64,000 bases of DNA from Takakia lepidozioides (lineage: Eukaryota; Plantae; Bryophyta), in assembly GCA_030704615.1 (NCBI GenBank), contig CM060731.1, positions 41,850,001 to 41,914,000 of the forward strand, written 5' to 3'. The position numbers and the translations under genes were made by a program. The notes beneath the pieces were generated by a model. It did not search any database and was not told the origin of the DNA. It saw only the letters and a list, made by a program, of their open reading frames with translations. Positions 39,701 to 51,396 of this stretch are shown in pieces; the stretch's first letter is position 1; the number at the start of each line of letters is the position of its first letter.

Positions 39701-41737
39701 TATGTTATGGGACCTATATCAGTTCTATCTAAATTAACACACCTAAGTGATCACGGCCTCTTGAAGGGGGATATAGTGTAAAATGAACAGGTCAATTGCT
39801 TTAGGAAGCCTTCAGTGACTGTCCCCCAAATTCTTGCCCACCCCTCTCTTCCTCTTTTGCTTCTCTCTGCAAAGAGGATGGGGGTGTCTATTGTGACAAC
39901 CTCCTCCACATAGACGAGTACATCTGTTTTTAAGGTTGATAACTGGCTTCACTTTCCTTTGGCACCTGGCTTTCATGAATAAAAGGTTCATCCATCTGTT
40001 CGACAAATATTGCCATCTTTCTCTCTCCCTCAGATGTGTGAGCATTGATGGGGATGCTGATCAACTAGTCTACTTCTACATACCACCGCAGCCACAAGAA
40101 GGGCACTTTGGTCCCGTGTATACACTACATATTCTTGATGGAGATAAAATTGCTGCTCTTTTTGCCTCCTTTATCAAAGATCAGCTGCATGCTTTGGCAC
40201 GATCGAAGACCACTTTACGTCGTGCTAGTGCACATGGGGCAATAATTCCTGGTTATGGTGCTGTGAAAGTTGGTGTAGTGCAAACAGCATATGCCAACGG
40301 GGCATCGACAAAATATATACAGCAAACAATTGGCTTGGAGGTTGTGAGGACCTCCACTGGTGTCAAATTACATGAGAAGGCAGCTCAATTCGATGTGGGG
40401 ATCTACTTTGAGACAAATGGCAATGGCACAATCCTCTTTAGTGAAGCCTTGTTGGATTGGTTGAAGAAAGTTGGGGCTGCCGGAGACATAGGTTGGTCAC
40501 CCTCCTCATCTCTCTCTCTTGCTCCCTCACAGGCACACAACCTCTTGAGTACGTTCTCTTGCTCCCTCATAGGCCCTTTGGCCTCTGGTGGACGTGATAA
40601 GTTATTTTTTCTTCTTCTCTGTGTTCCTTTCCCCCCTCTCACACACACACAAGCATATTGTAGCCTGCTTCTACACACTATAGACTCACCGCTTTTGCTG
40701 TGTGTGCAGTCACAGGAAACAAGCGTACTCAGGCTGCTAGAAGGCTGGTGGCGGTGAGTGAGATGGTGAATCAGGCGGTGGGCGATGCACTTAGTGGGAT
40801 TTTAATGGTGGAGGTTGTGCTTCGGTATCGGGCCTGGTCTATCTATCACTGGGACTCCATCTATACAGACCTCCCAACCAGGCAACTCAAGGTTACAGTC
40901 AACCCACCTACTCCATATGATCTGACACTGAGAGATTAATGAGTGGACAAGGCAGCATAACATCATCCTTTTCTGGGCTGGCTCTCATGTTCTTACGATT
41001 GAACTTTGGGTTGGTACGGCATGAAGGTGGCGGTCCCAAATTGCACACTCGTCACTGTCGAGACCCATGTAACTTCCCCATCCTCGCTACAGTCTGCCAT
41101 TGACACAGAAGTTGGTAAGCCTTGTGACCTGTTCCTTCAAATATCAAAAAGGAAAACAGTGACTGGGATGCTTGTTTTCAGGGCCATGTGTAATGCTGGA
41201 ACGTAGCAGCCCTAGAGGGTCGAGTGAGGAAAGTACACTCATCTGTGTTTAGTGGAAAAATATCAATTCTTGGGTTGGTCCCAGAACTCTTTAACTGTAG
41301 GATATCAAGAAGGGATGTTCCCCATAGTCTGTGCTTGCTGGAGTCCTGTGGCCACACTATAGAGAAGTTAATGCTTACATTCTACCAAAAGCCATCCTGC
41401 ATTCATCCCATCAGGGTTGCTCAGTCTGGGAGAGTGTGAGTGAGTTCTCCATGTCTTAGGGAGCATTATCCATCTGCTATCAAGTGGCATGAAGTCATTA
41501 TTCCTAGTCAAGACCAGGAGAATTGCATCATATAAAGATTCAATGTCACTTATTCGAGCTGCTCTACATTTTGCAGAAAGATATGAGAGTGGCAGGGCAT
41601 TTGTAAGGCCTTCTAAAACAGAGGATGTGGTGCATGTGTATGCTGAGGCATCATCACAGCAATCAGCAGATGCCTTAGCTCATACTGTTGCTGTTTTTGT
41701 ACACCGGCTGGCTGGAGAGGTGGGCCCTGAGCCATGA
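36708..41737 (+). CDS. Phosphoacetylglucosamine mutase (AGM1/DRT101-like), 9 exons, with altered catalytic motifs
   Basis: Exons at about 36708-36765, 37155-37417, 37940-38059, 38892-39034, 39420-39674, 40034-40490, 40710-40891, 41027-41115 and 41577-41737; motifs SYGVAGFR, TASHS, ARDTRPSG, TTPQLHW, GADFVQKEK, DGDADQ, QTAYANGAST and RAFVRPS.TEDVV. Confidence 0.9.
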
Positions 41738-42269
41738 AAAAGAATTAAAAAAAGATAGGATATACTCTGTCCCTGTTTTCTTTAAATATCCGAAGTACTT
41801 CTTCGTCTTCCCTGGTCAAGAGAATAGTGTAATGCCTTGTGACCACACAGATACCTTGGCCTTGTGTCCACTAATGGTCGGAATTAACAACACCCTCCCT
41901 CCCATGCTTCTTATTCAGTTTGGTTTAGCATCCCCAGGAAGAGGCAAAGCCATGCTATAGCCAATACTATGCCATGTAGAGATTAAGCCTCAGCTAGTCA
42001 CAAACATGAATGTGACATTGAGTTGGGAAAGAGAGAGAGATGTTGTACTCTACTAGATCATGTTTGACAAAACAAATCTAATAGAGTGAATGCAATGAGC
42101 AGCAAGTGGGGTAGGTGGAAGGAAGTAAGAGTTATTTTGATGGTCAGGTACTGAGGCTCCAAGCACTCCACCTGCAAAATTCTGTCCTGTAAAGCACAAA
42201 CCGCTTTCTTGAGTCCGAAGACCATGGGCAGCACTCTGGGAATAATATTCAATTGCGCGACTTGGAGTT

Positions 42270-42455
42270 GAACAAAGTTATTCCTTTCAGCCCACAAATT
42301 ATAGTGTACTCTCTACCGAAAGGATTCTTATGAAACAAATCAAACAATGTACAATCACTGTGTTTGCCAGCTTTCCAATAGGCATAGGCCAAAGCGAGCA
42401 ACGCAATAACCATAGGATTGCTTGGCAGATCTTCTCTCTCCATCCCTATTTCCAA
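42270..42455 (-). pseudogene. Nicotinate phosphoribosyltransferase N-terminal relic
   Basis: PSNPMVIALL(deletion)ALAYAYWKAGKHSDCTLFDLFHKNPFGREYTI matches plant NAPRT PTNPMVTPLL..MAYAYWKAGK...FDLYFRKNPFGGEYT. Confidence 0.8.
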
Positions 42456-43727
42456 AACCTATTGACTGGATATCGCAAAATTCTTCAATTGATTCTCCAA
42501 CATCTGAACTACGGCAGGTGGTGGTTGCTATGCAAATCTATTGGAAGGAAGCCCAATGCATCAAGCATTCTCTGCACTATCTTGTTTTTCAGTGCACTCC
42601 CCAGTTCTTAGGGATTTGTCATGCTTCATGGGGGTTATTTGTTGGTCAGGTACTATTGAGGCCCAAGCCTGTGGAAGCAGCTGAACCCATGGAGATTTAG
42701 GTGAGAAGCACTAGACACATCAGAAACGATGTATCTATACGGACTCCTTGGAGTAGCCTTGCAGCCTAATTTTACAGGAGGGGAAAAAAAGTGCACGGGA
42801 ACATCAAGGAGCTTGTGGGAACATAGAAAATATCCTGCCATCTTCTGAGAATCCTTCAGAGAAAGTGAATTTGTATGGGGAACAGGGAGCTGAGCTTCCT
42901 GACAGATACCCGCAAAGGTGTACACGAAGGGCCACAAAGAACCTTGGAGCTTGTAAGGTGAAGCACCCAAACATGGCCTGTGTCATGCAGTTTGTGAATC
43001 ACCTCCACTCCCAAAATGGTATGGGTGATGCCAAACATACCAACTAATTTATCATATGAGGCCATGATATCTGGCACTCATTTATTTAAAAGACTATTGG
43101 TAGTGCTGTCGTACCAGTTGCTTTTGATTTTTGGTGGTGCACTCTGTCTCCCCACAATCGAGGGTGAGGGAGGCTAGGATGAAGCCACAATCATAGCAAC
43201 CCAAAGACAGTTTATTGACAAGACCAACCGAGCATATTTCCACCACTTAATGTTACTCTGAAAATGAGCTCTTCACAAGATTGTGTGCTTCAGTCTTGAA
43301 AACAATCTTTTAGCACCTGGTGTCTCAACTTCACAGGTGCAGCTATCACTGGACGAAGTCTTACTCCAAGTAAAACAGTCACTCTGAAATGTGGAAATGT
43401 AAAATGACTCAACTGTGGCACAAATTGGCCTGTATCAGCTCTCACTGAAAGTCACAACTCCACAACTGGAAGAAGACACCTCTCATTGCTAATTTTTCAA
43501 AGAGGAGGTTTGTACACTTACACATTGCTAGTTCCAGGGAGTACATCCCTAAGGTTCAGGTTGGACAACACCTTATTGTGCTTAATTGGTAGAGGACAAA
43601 AATTGTTGGCTGCCAACAGCCATAGAAAAAGGTACAATGCATCAATAGATATCTCAGATGATTATGACTTACTCAATGTGAAAAGTCCTATGTAGAGCTA
43701 AAGAGAGACCTGATGTAATTGCCAGGT

Positions 43728-45050
43728 TCAAGAGCCTGAACCAGCCACCTTCTCTGGAAGGACTTCCTCCATTGTTGCTCCAGAATGTTCTGGTCGGAGT
43801 TTCATTTCTGCAAATTGACATAACAAATCTTAGCAATTGCTTGGGTGCTCGTCTATTTGACAACAGGAGGACAGAGAACAGTTGAAGACAACTTCTGGCA
43901 AGTGATCTGGTAGTACCTTACCATTACAACATCTTCAGGAGCCTATGACCATTGATCCCAAGATCTAACCTATCCCAATTTCATGATACACTCCTTACAG
44001 ACTGCCACAGAGTAATTTAGTCATGCATATCGTGGCACTAAGAGTACTAAAGAAAGCTACTAATGTTTACTATTACTAATTCCTGTTTGTTACCCCCGGA
44101 GCTCAGAATCAAAGCCTTCCCAACGTTTGCAGTGCTAATAGCTTCAACCTAGAATGTAGCAAATCGAACAGAAATGGTGTAATAGATCATTATATGTATC
44201 CCAGAGTAAGACTCCTAAATGGAGGAATCCAATGTTGGGTTGGCTGAAATTTGAGCTTGTAAAGGGACCCAAAACCATGTTGGATTGGTGATAGCCCCAC
44301 TTGAGGGTTTATACCTCCATGCCCTGTCAAATTTCAGCAGACTACCTGTCTAAAACTTGAATTGTCAATGGAGTGGGAGAAAAAATTTCATGCGCTTCAT
44401 ATTTTATAAGTTCCTGCCTACTACAGGCCTGGGTTCTTGATGTGCAAAAAGGGCATAAGTGAAGCATTCTCCACAAAACTAAGTGCCTGCAGAGGATCTA
44501 TCTGAGATGTGAGTTTTGCTCAAAACTTCCTTCAACAATTACATTCCCTCAGATTCTCAATTCCATTTTTCTGATCTCTAGTAGCCACCTTGTGTAAGTG
44601 CCTTAATTGCAGTTTTGGTCTGGAAGCACTCCCACACCTGCAAATCTGTAACTAACCCCAGGAAGACAAAGGGGAGGAAATCACACTTGCTTCCTTCACC
44701 GTAACATCGATACTGCTGTAAATTAGGAAACCAATTACTTGAGATGCAGCAACGGCCCTTACAGGGTAAGGGTATCCAACCCTACGAAGTCAAAGCGTAC
44801 CATAGTTTCCACGGTCATTCAGCTTCGCCTGCACAATATTCGACCCCATAAACTCCACAGCTTCAAGTGCTTTAGTCAGCAATTCGCCAAGACGAGCTTC
44901 ATCAGTGACATCCTTGTGCGCCTCAAACTCATTGCGGATCTGCGCAGCAACTGCCGTCAGCATCTCTGTATCCCCAGCAAAACATTTCTTTCGCATCCTT
45001 AGCAAAGATCTGAAGATGGAGATTGCCTCTGGAGCCTTTGCTGTCGCCAT
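43728..45050 (-). CDS. LYR-motif protein, MZM1/LYRM7-like complex III assembly chaperone; 2 exons (45050-44801, 43807-43728)
   Basis: MATAKAPEAISIFRSLLRMRKKCFAGD...IRNEFE...IVQAKLNDRGNY|EMKLRPEHSGATMEEV...*; GT..AG phase-1 intron. Confidence 0.85.
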
Positions 45051-45880
45051 TCTCTCCCTCCACTGTCTCCCTTTTATTTTTCTCTCCCTCCCGTACAACC
45101 TCTCTCTGTCGTTCGTTTATATTACACAAAATCGATTCCCTTCAAATTCAAACCTCGCTTCCCTGTTCCTGTCGTCCACAAAACTCGCCCAACTCGTCAA
45201 TGTGGGTCTCTCCCAGACTCGACGGTTGAGTGAAGGCTTCTAAAACCCTGCCTTTTCACATTTCCCACTTTCAAGAATCCATAAACAAAATATCGTCTAT
45301 CCAGACCCTGATTCAAGCTCACAACCTCGGATTGAACAGTACCCAACTCCACCTGCAGCCACGCCGAACAGATCTTACCAACAGGTTTGAAAACAGGTCA
45401 CAGTTGGATCAGAGCACCTGGGAGTGACACTTTTGAGTATGTCACCTCAAAGTGGGGGCCCCAAATGACACGTCAGTTGCAGACCCGCCACCGAACCGGA
45501 TCTTCACTCTTCACGTAGCAGGAGACTCTCTCAGAGCAGGGAGGTTTGAAGTTTGAAGCTTTGATTACACAAGAATCAGACTCAGAATATCGACTAGGAC
45601 TCTGTAGCTGTGTCCGTAATCTGTTCTGGATACACAAATTGATGACTACTTTCATTTGGGTTTGTCTTGAAAACTGAATTTTTAATCTCTGGCCTGGTGG
45701 TGAAGAGAGAGTAGAAGAGAGGTGGTGCATAACCAACACTTCGATTTCAAAATGCTCTTGTTCTTGAGCTACTACAGATTCAAAGCTGCTCTCTGTTCTT
45801 GTAAACCCATGTCTGGAATATACCTGATGCGCTGGCCGATCCACTCACCTTCTTAAGAGCAGAAGCAAAAGAGAGCAACC

Positions 45881-48117
45881 ATGACAGCGCATTCGGTATG
45901 TATGGCACCCGTGGGTTACATGCTTAACCTCTCCGCATGTTCCGAAGTTGTGTGGGGGTTCCATCACAAGCCTCCCGGTTATGCTGCTTGCAAGGCTGGG
46001 CGGACTGTTTCACGAAGGTTTGGGATGTCCTCCGTGTACGTTCCTCTGCATTTTCAAAACCTCATTGGATTGAGATGTGTTTTGAAGAGTTATAAGCCAA
46101 TTGCCGGGCTATGGAGATCAGTAGGGACACACGAGAATGATGAACAGATGAGCAAGGAGGGTACCTGAGGTGAAGAAAAATGAGTGGCGCCTAGTCACAG
46201 TCCGCAACGAAGTTGCCAGCACAGGAAAATATTCTGGCGAAATATTGACGAGGAGAAGCTTTGGAGCAAACATTTTTCAATAAGCAGTCAATCGAGGCGA
46301 TAAGGTGAATGGCCCTTATGTTCCAGTGCCCACTCTCTCCATGGCCAGAAGCAGAAAAATAACTGAAAAGAGCTCTCTCTCTCTCTCCCTCTTCCCTTGG
46401 ACGTTGTGTGTGTGGGTGGACTTGCGGTTTGACATGTCAATTCTCGGCAACTTTGACTGGTGCAACGGCATTCGCCTGTGTCACAGCCATAGGGCTAGAA
46501 GAGCCATCAGTTTGTGGGCAATGCCGACCTTTCTCTACACCCCATTTCATGTGGCTGTAGATCGACGTATAGAATCACAGCCATGTGAAGTGCATCAGGC
46601 AGTGCAACCGTCGTTGACTGTGCACCAGCATTATGACGATCTTCCAGGTTATGCTTAGCCAAAGAGTGCAACTACCTACTCTCTCTCTCTCTCTCTCTCT
46701 CTCGGACCAACGGCAAACAACATCTTATGAGTCAGACACGCACATGTTCTAATTCAGCAGCATGCATCATTGGGTGTTCAGGCTTTAAATTAGGAGTTGT
46801 AGTTGTCAAATAATTGGGTTGTGGGGGAGAATGTATGAAATATTTGTTGCAGAGACAGAGATAGCTGAAGGGGGCAGGTATGGAATGCAGGTGCAGATCC
46901 ATCAAAGAGGACCGGACTTGAATCAGAAGAATACCAATGAGGCAGTGTGGATTTGATAGTCACAAGAAAGCTGCATGGGTGGATTGTCAACTGGAGAAGC
47001 TGGAAGCAGCTAGAGGTATGTATCACGAAATACGTGGATCAAGTGAAGACTGCCTTCTATAAAGTCACATTTAGACACTTGGGCATAGTGATTGGCTTAT
47101 CTGGTATATCCCAGTGTTTGACATTTGCTGGTGGATTGCAGGCAAATATCTGAAAGACCAAAATACAGGTGGAGAGAAGCTTTGGAAAGACAATTTTGCA
47201 AAACCCTGTGAATGGTGGGACAATCCTAGCAATAAGGTAAAAGACTGTTGTGTTGCTAGAAGCCAACAACAATATGCATTGAAAACGTCTCTCTCTCCGT
47301 GTCTCGGTGGGTGATGCTACCATTCCAGTCCTTTGTTTGCGGATGACTGCGCAGGCCTAGGGGATACCGCATGCAATCTTCAGAGTTGATTGATTGCACG
47401 ACGAGGTACTTTGACCTGTGGAGGCTAGAAGCCAATGTCAGTAAATTTGCAGTGGTGGCTTTCAATGATGGTGGGGAGGAGGTGGGGATCTCAAATGGAC
47501 TTGGGGAAGTCGAAAGATCCCTGTGCTCCCTTTGTAACACATATCTTGGCGTTGAGTTTTCGCAACTGGGACACGCAGATACAGAAAGTGGTTCAAATGG
47601 CCAATTACAAAGCTTTGGGCCTCTTTAAATTTTGCACTGCACAGGGACACGACACCATGTGGAAGCTTAGGGAGCTCCATGTGGAAGTTTTGAACCACAA
47701 CATGCCGGCATGCTCTTAGAATGATGTCCCAATCCAATTGCTCCCCTGCCAGCAGGGACTGAATCTACCAGGGGTAGACCCATGTGCGTATCATATGTAA
47801 ATGGCTAAAGAAAGCACAACACTTAAAATAAGCACTCTGTGCGTAGTGATTGGATTTTCTGTCTGTCTCTCCCTTTCACGCAGAAACTTGTTTTTTCATT
47901 CAGCATAGGAACCACCCTCCAGTGTATAGGTTAGCTGTATTCTCTCTGTAAATTCTGGTGAGGCAACACGTCTTCTGGATGCAGGGACAGCTAAAGGAGT
48001 GTGGATGGCGTGTGGGTGCAGTCCAACCCCAGAGGGCCTGATTTCAAGCGGAAGAGTAGCAACAAGGCACTGTGGATTGATAATCACAAGGAACTTGTGT
48101 GGGTAGATGTTCAACTG
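45881..48117 (+). other. 5' exons of the PPR-DYW gene: transit-peptide-like region plus two intron-split OSB-type PDF motifs
   Basis: 46250-46304 EEKLWSKHF..NRGDK|GT; 46897-47015 IHQRGPDLNQKNTNEAVWI(+1)DSHKKAAWVDCQL...; 47142-47236 EKLWKDNFAKPCEWWDNPSNK|GT; AG|48022 SNPRGPDFKRKSSNKALWIDNHKELVWVDVQL. Splice phases are compatible. Exon 1 has two stops and frameshifts. Confidence 0.75.
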
Positions 48118-50634
48118 GATGCAGCACCGGCACGCCTGTTTGAATTAGGAACCTCCTCCATAACCACAGCTTTTGGCAAAGGAAGAGAGGGATTCCACAA
48201 GAATTCTTCTCACACTTGTGAGGGTGTGCGGAGACTATGTCAGGCAGGACAACTCAAAGAGGCGCTGTGCATTTTGAACAAAGGAGGCATTTTGGCAGAC
48301 TCCGATACTTATGCCTGTCTCTTGCAGAGGTGCATCAAGATGAAGGGTCTGGCAGAGGGAAAGCAGGTGCATGCCCACATTATCCAGAGTGGATTCACTC
48401 CAAACATCTTTCTAGTTAACACCCTCCTCAACATGTATGCCAAGTGTGGAAGCATGGTGGATGCACGCCAAGTGTTTGACAAAATGTCTGAAAGAGATAT
48501 GTTTACGTGGAATATGATAATGGCAGGATATGCTAAGCATGGGTCTGGTAGGGAGGCCTTCAAGATTTATGAGCAAATGATACAGGAAGGGGTGATGCCA
48601 AACAATGTCACATTCACTTGCATTCTCAAGGCGTGTGCCAGCCTAGCAGCCCTAGAAAAGGGCAAAGAGGTCCATGCTGACATCATAAAAGCTGGATTTC
48701 AGCCAGACATCATTCTGGAGAACACCCTTGTTGACATGTATGCCAAATGTGGGAGCATAAAGGATGCTCGTCAATTGTTCGACAGTATGGCTAAGCGAGA
48801 TGTAATATCATGGAATGCAATGATCGCAGGATATGCTCAGCATGGATATGGTATAGAGGCTTTCAAGATGTATGAGCAAATGATAAAGGAAGGGGTAACA
48901 CCTAACCAGATCACCTTTGTTTGCATTCTCAATGCGTGTGCCAACCTGGCAGCACTGGAACAGGGAAAAGAGGTCCATGCTGACATCAACAAAGCTGGAA
49001 TTGAGCCAAATGCAATTTTGGAGACCGCCCTTGTTAACATGTATGCGAAATGTGGGAGCCTGAAGGATGGCCATCAACTGTTCCGCAGTATGACTCAGCA
49101 AAATGTGTTCTCATGGAATGCGATGATTGCAGGATATGCTCAGCAGGGGTGTGGTAGGGACGCTTTGGAGACCTACGAGCAAATGATACGAGAGGGGCTA
49201 GCGCCTGACAGGGTCACATTTGTTTGTGTTCTCAATGCGTGTGCCAGCCTTGCAGCCCTTAAAAAGGGCAAAGAGGTTCATGCGGCCATCATCAAAGCTG
49301 GCATAAAGCCAGACATTATTCTGGGCAACACACTTGTTGACATGTATGCGAAATGTGGGAGCATGAAGGATGCGTATCAAGTCTTTGACAAGATGGTTCC
49401 ACGAAATGTGGTCTCATGGAGTGCGATGATCTCAGGATACGTTCAGTCTGGGTCTGGTAGGGAGGCTTTGGAGACCTATGAGCACATGATCCTTGAAGGG
49501 GTAACACCCAACGAGGTGACGTTCATTTGCGTTCTCAATGCATGTGCTAGCCTGGCAGCACTGGAAAAGGGCAAAGAGGTCCATGCTGCCATCATCAAAG
49601 CTGGAATCGAGTCAAGTACCACTTTGGAGAATACCCTTGTTGACATGTATGCCAAATGTGGGGATGGGAAGGATGCACGTGGAGTGTTTGACTACATGGC
49701 TAAGCGAGATGTGGTCTCGTGGAATGCAATGATAACAGGATATGCTCAGCAAGGGTGTGGTAAGGAGGCCCTTGAACTGTTTCAACACATGCAGCAGGAA
49801 GGCTTCGAGCCAAACGGTATTACCTTCATAAGTGTTCTCTCTGCATGTAGCCATATGGGCCTAGTGAATGAAGGTCGTCATTACTTTGATTCTATAAGTC
49901 GAGATCATGGTCTCACTCCTACAGTTGAACATTTTGGCTGCATGGCGGACCTTCTTGGCCGTGCAGGGCGATTGGATGAGGCAGAGGACTTCATTAACAA
50001 GATGCCGATTGAACCAGGTGCTGCTGTGTGGGGGGGCTTGCTTGGTGCTTGTAGAATTCATGGCAATGTGGAGGTGGCAGAACGTGCAGCAAAATGCATT
50101 CTCAAATACAATCCACAAGACGCTCCAACTTATGTGCTGTTATCAAACATTTATGCTGCGGCTGGCAGGTGGGACGATGCAGCCCAAGTTAGAAAAATAA
50201 TGCAGGACAGAGGTGTCAGAAGGAAGCCAGGGCAAAGCTGCATTGAGGTGGACAACAAAGTGCATACATTTGTTGTTGACGACAAATTGCATCCACAAAT
50301 TGAGGAAATCCATGCTGAGCTGGATAGATTGTCTGGGCAGATGAAGGAGGCTGGGTACGTGCCGGACACGCGCTTCGTGTTACATGATGTGGAAGAGGAG
50401 CAAAAGGAATTTTCTCTCTGCCACCACAGTGAGAAGCTGGCCATTGCTTTTGGGCTGATCAGCACGGCCCCAGGAACACCTCTCCGTGTTATCAAGAACC
50501 TGCGGGTATGTGGTGACTGCCACACAGCCACCAAGTTCATCTCTAAGATTGTTGGGCGAGAAATTGTTGTACGGGATGCCAACCGCTTTCACCACTTCAA
50601 AGATGGGGTTTGTTCTTGCGGGGAGTACTGGTGA
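48022..50634 (+). CDS. PLS-class PPR protein with E1-E2-DYW cytidine deaminase domain (organellar C-to-U RNA editing factor), main exon
   Basis: Uninterrupted ORF with 17 PPR motifs, (LSP)4-L-S-P2-L2-S2, then E1, E2, PG box PGQSCIE, HSEKLA, CGDCH and terminal EYW. Confidence 0.97.
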   Translation, partial: SNPRGPDFKRKSSNKALWIDNHKELVWVDVQLDAAPARLFELGTSSITTAFGKGREGFHKNSSHTCEGVRRLCQAGQLKEALCILNKGGILADSDTYACLLQRCIKMKGLAEGKQVHAHIIQSGFTPNIFLVNTLLNMYAKCGSMVDARQVFDKMSERDMFTWNMIMAGYAKHGSGREAFKIYEQMIQEGVMPNNVTFTCILKACASLAALEKGKEVHADIIKAGFQPDIILENTLVDMYAKCGSIKDARQLFDSMAKRDVISWNAMIAGYAQHGYGIEAFKMYEQMIKEGVTPNQITFVCILNACANLAALEQGKEVHADINKAGIEPNAILETALVNMYAKCGSLKDGHQLFRSMTQQNVFSWNAMIAGYAQQGCGRDALETYEQMIREGLAPDRVTFVCVLNACASLAALKKGKEVHAAIIKAGIKPDIILGNTLVDMYAKCGSMKDAYQVFDKMVPRNVVSWSAMISGYVQSGSGREALETYEHMILEGVTPNEVTFICVLNACASLAALEKGKEVHAAIIKAGIESSTTLENTLVDMYAKCGDGKDARGVFDYMAKRDVVSWNAMITGYAQQGCGKEALELFQHMQQEGFEPNGITFISVLSACSHMGLVNEGRHYFDSISRDHGLTPTVEHFGCMADLLGRAGRLDEAEDFINKMPIEPGAAVWGGLLGACRIHGNVEVAERAAKCILKYNPQDAPTYVLLSNIYAAAGRWDDAAQVRKIMQDRGVRRKPGQSCIEVDNKVHTFVVDDKLHPQIEEIHAELDRLSGQMKEAGYVPDTRFVLHDVEEEQKEFSLCHHSEKLAIAFGLISTAPGTPLRVIKNLRVCGDCHTATKFISKIVGREIVVRDANRFHHFKDGVCSCGEYW

Positions 50635-51396
50635 AATGACTTGTTAGAACTATGCAGCTGCTTGGTTCTTTTGCCGTTCCCTGTCAACGGTAACTATGAC
50701 ATCACATCCAGAAGCTTGTGGACCACTCATTCAATAAAACAAGAAACCAAAGGAATACGACAACATGAATCTAAGCCTTCCATGACCATTCTACTGACCC
50801 AGAAACATTCAGCATTCAGAACATTCAGAAACACTCTAGAAATCTGAGCTCTTGGGTCCCTCCTACTCACAACACAGTCCACTCCCATGCACCCAAATGA
50901 AAATCCTTCCTGCAGAATTTCTTTGGGTTCTGAATATATTAAATGGGGACAGAGGCCCTTTTCTTCAAATTAGAACCCACGGTGAAAATAACCTTGTAAA
51001 GCTGAAAGGAGACATACCTAGGCAACAGTGCCAAGGGAGAACGGAAGACCACAAACACTTGAATATGTACCCCTGGCAGTCAAAAATGGTAGACAGGAAA
51101 GATTGCCAGCATGCATCCAGCATCAAACAACTGCCTACTGTAATCAAATCAGTTTCTGCAAGTGACATAGACTACCAACAGTGGATCGTAACAAGGATAT
51201 TGTCAGTGGGGATGGAAGTACCAAGGTCCTCTTCTCAGCTGAGGGAAATCTCTTGCACAGTTCGCAAAGTGGGTGGAACTTCTGAGGGTATCACTAGTGC
51301 TCTAATGATATCGTCATAGAGTGCAATGTGTGCTTGACAGTAGTATTCGCTGCCTGGGCTGTAGTCGTGGATGCAAACTCCTAATCAAGTACAACT

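Noticed and set aside
48001-48021. GTG start of the 877-aa ORF given in the track
   Set aside because: It lies in intron sequence; the acceptor AG at 48020-48021 joins the upstream PDF half in frame.
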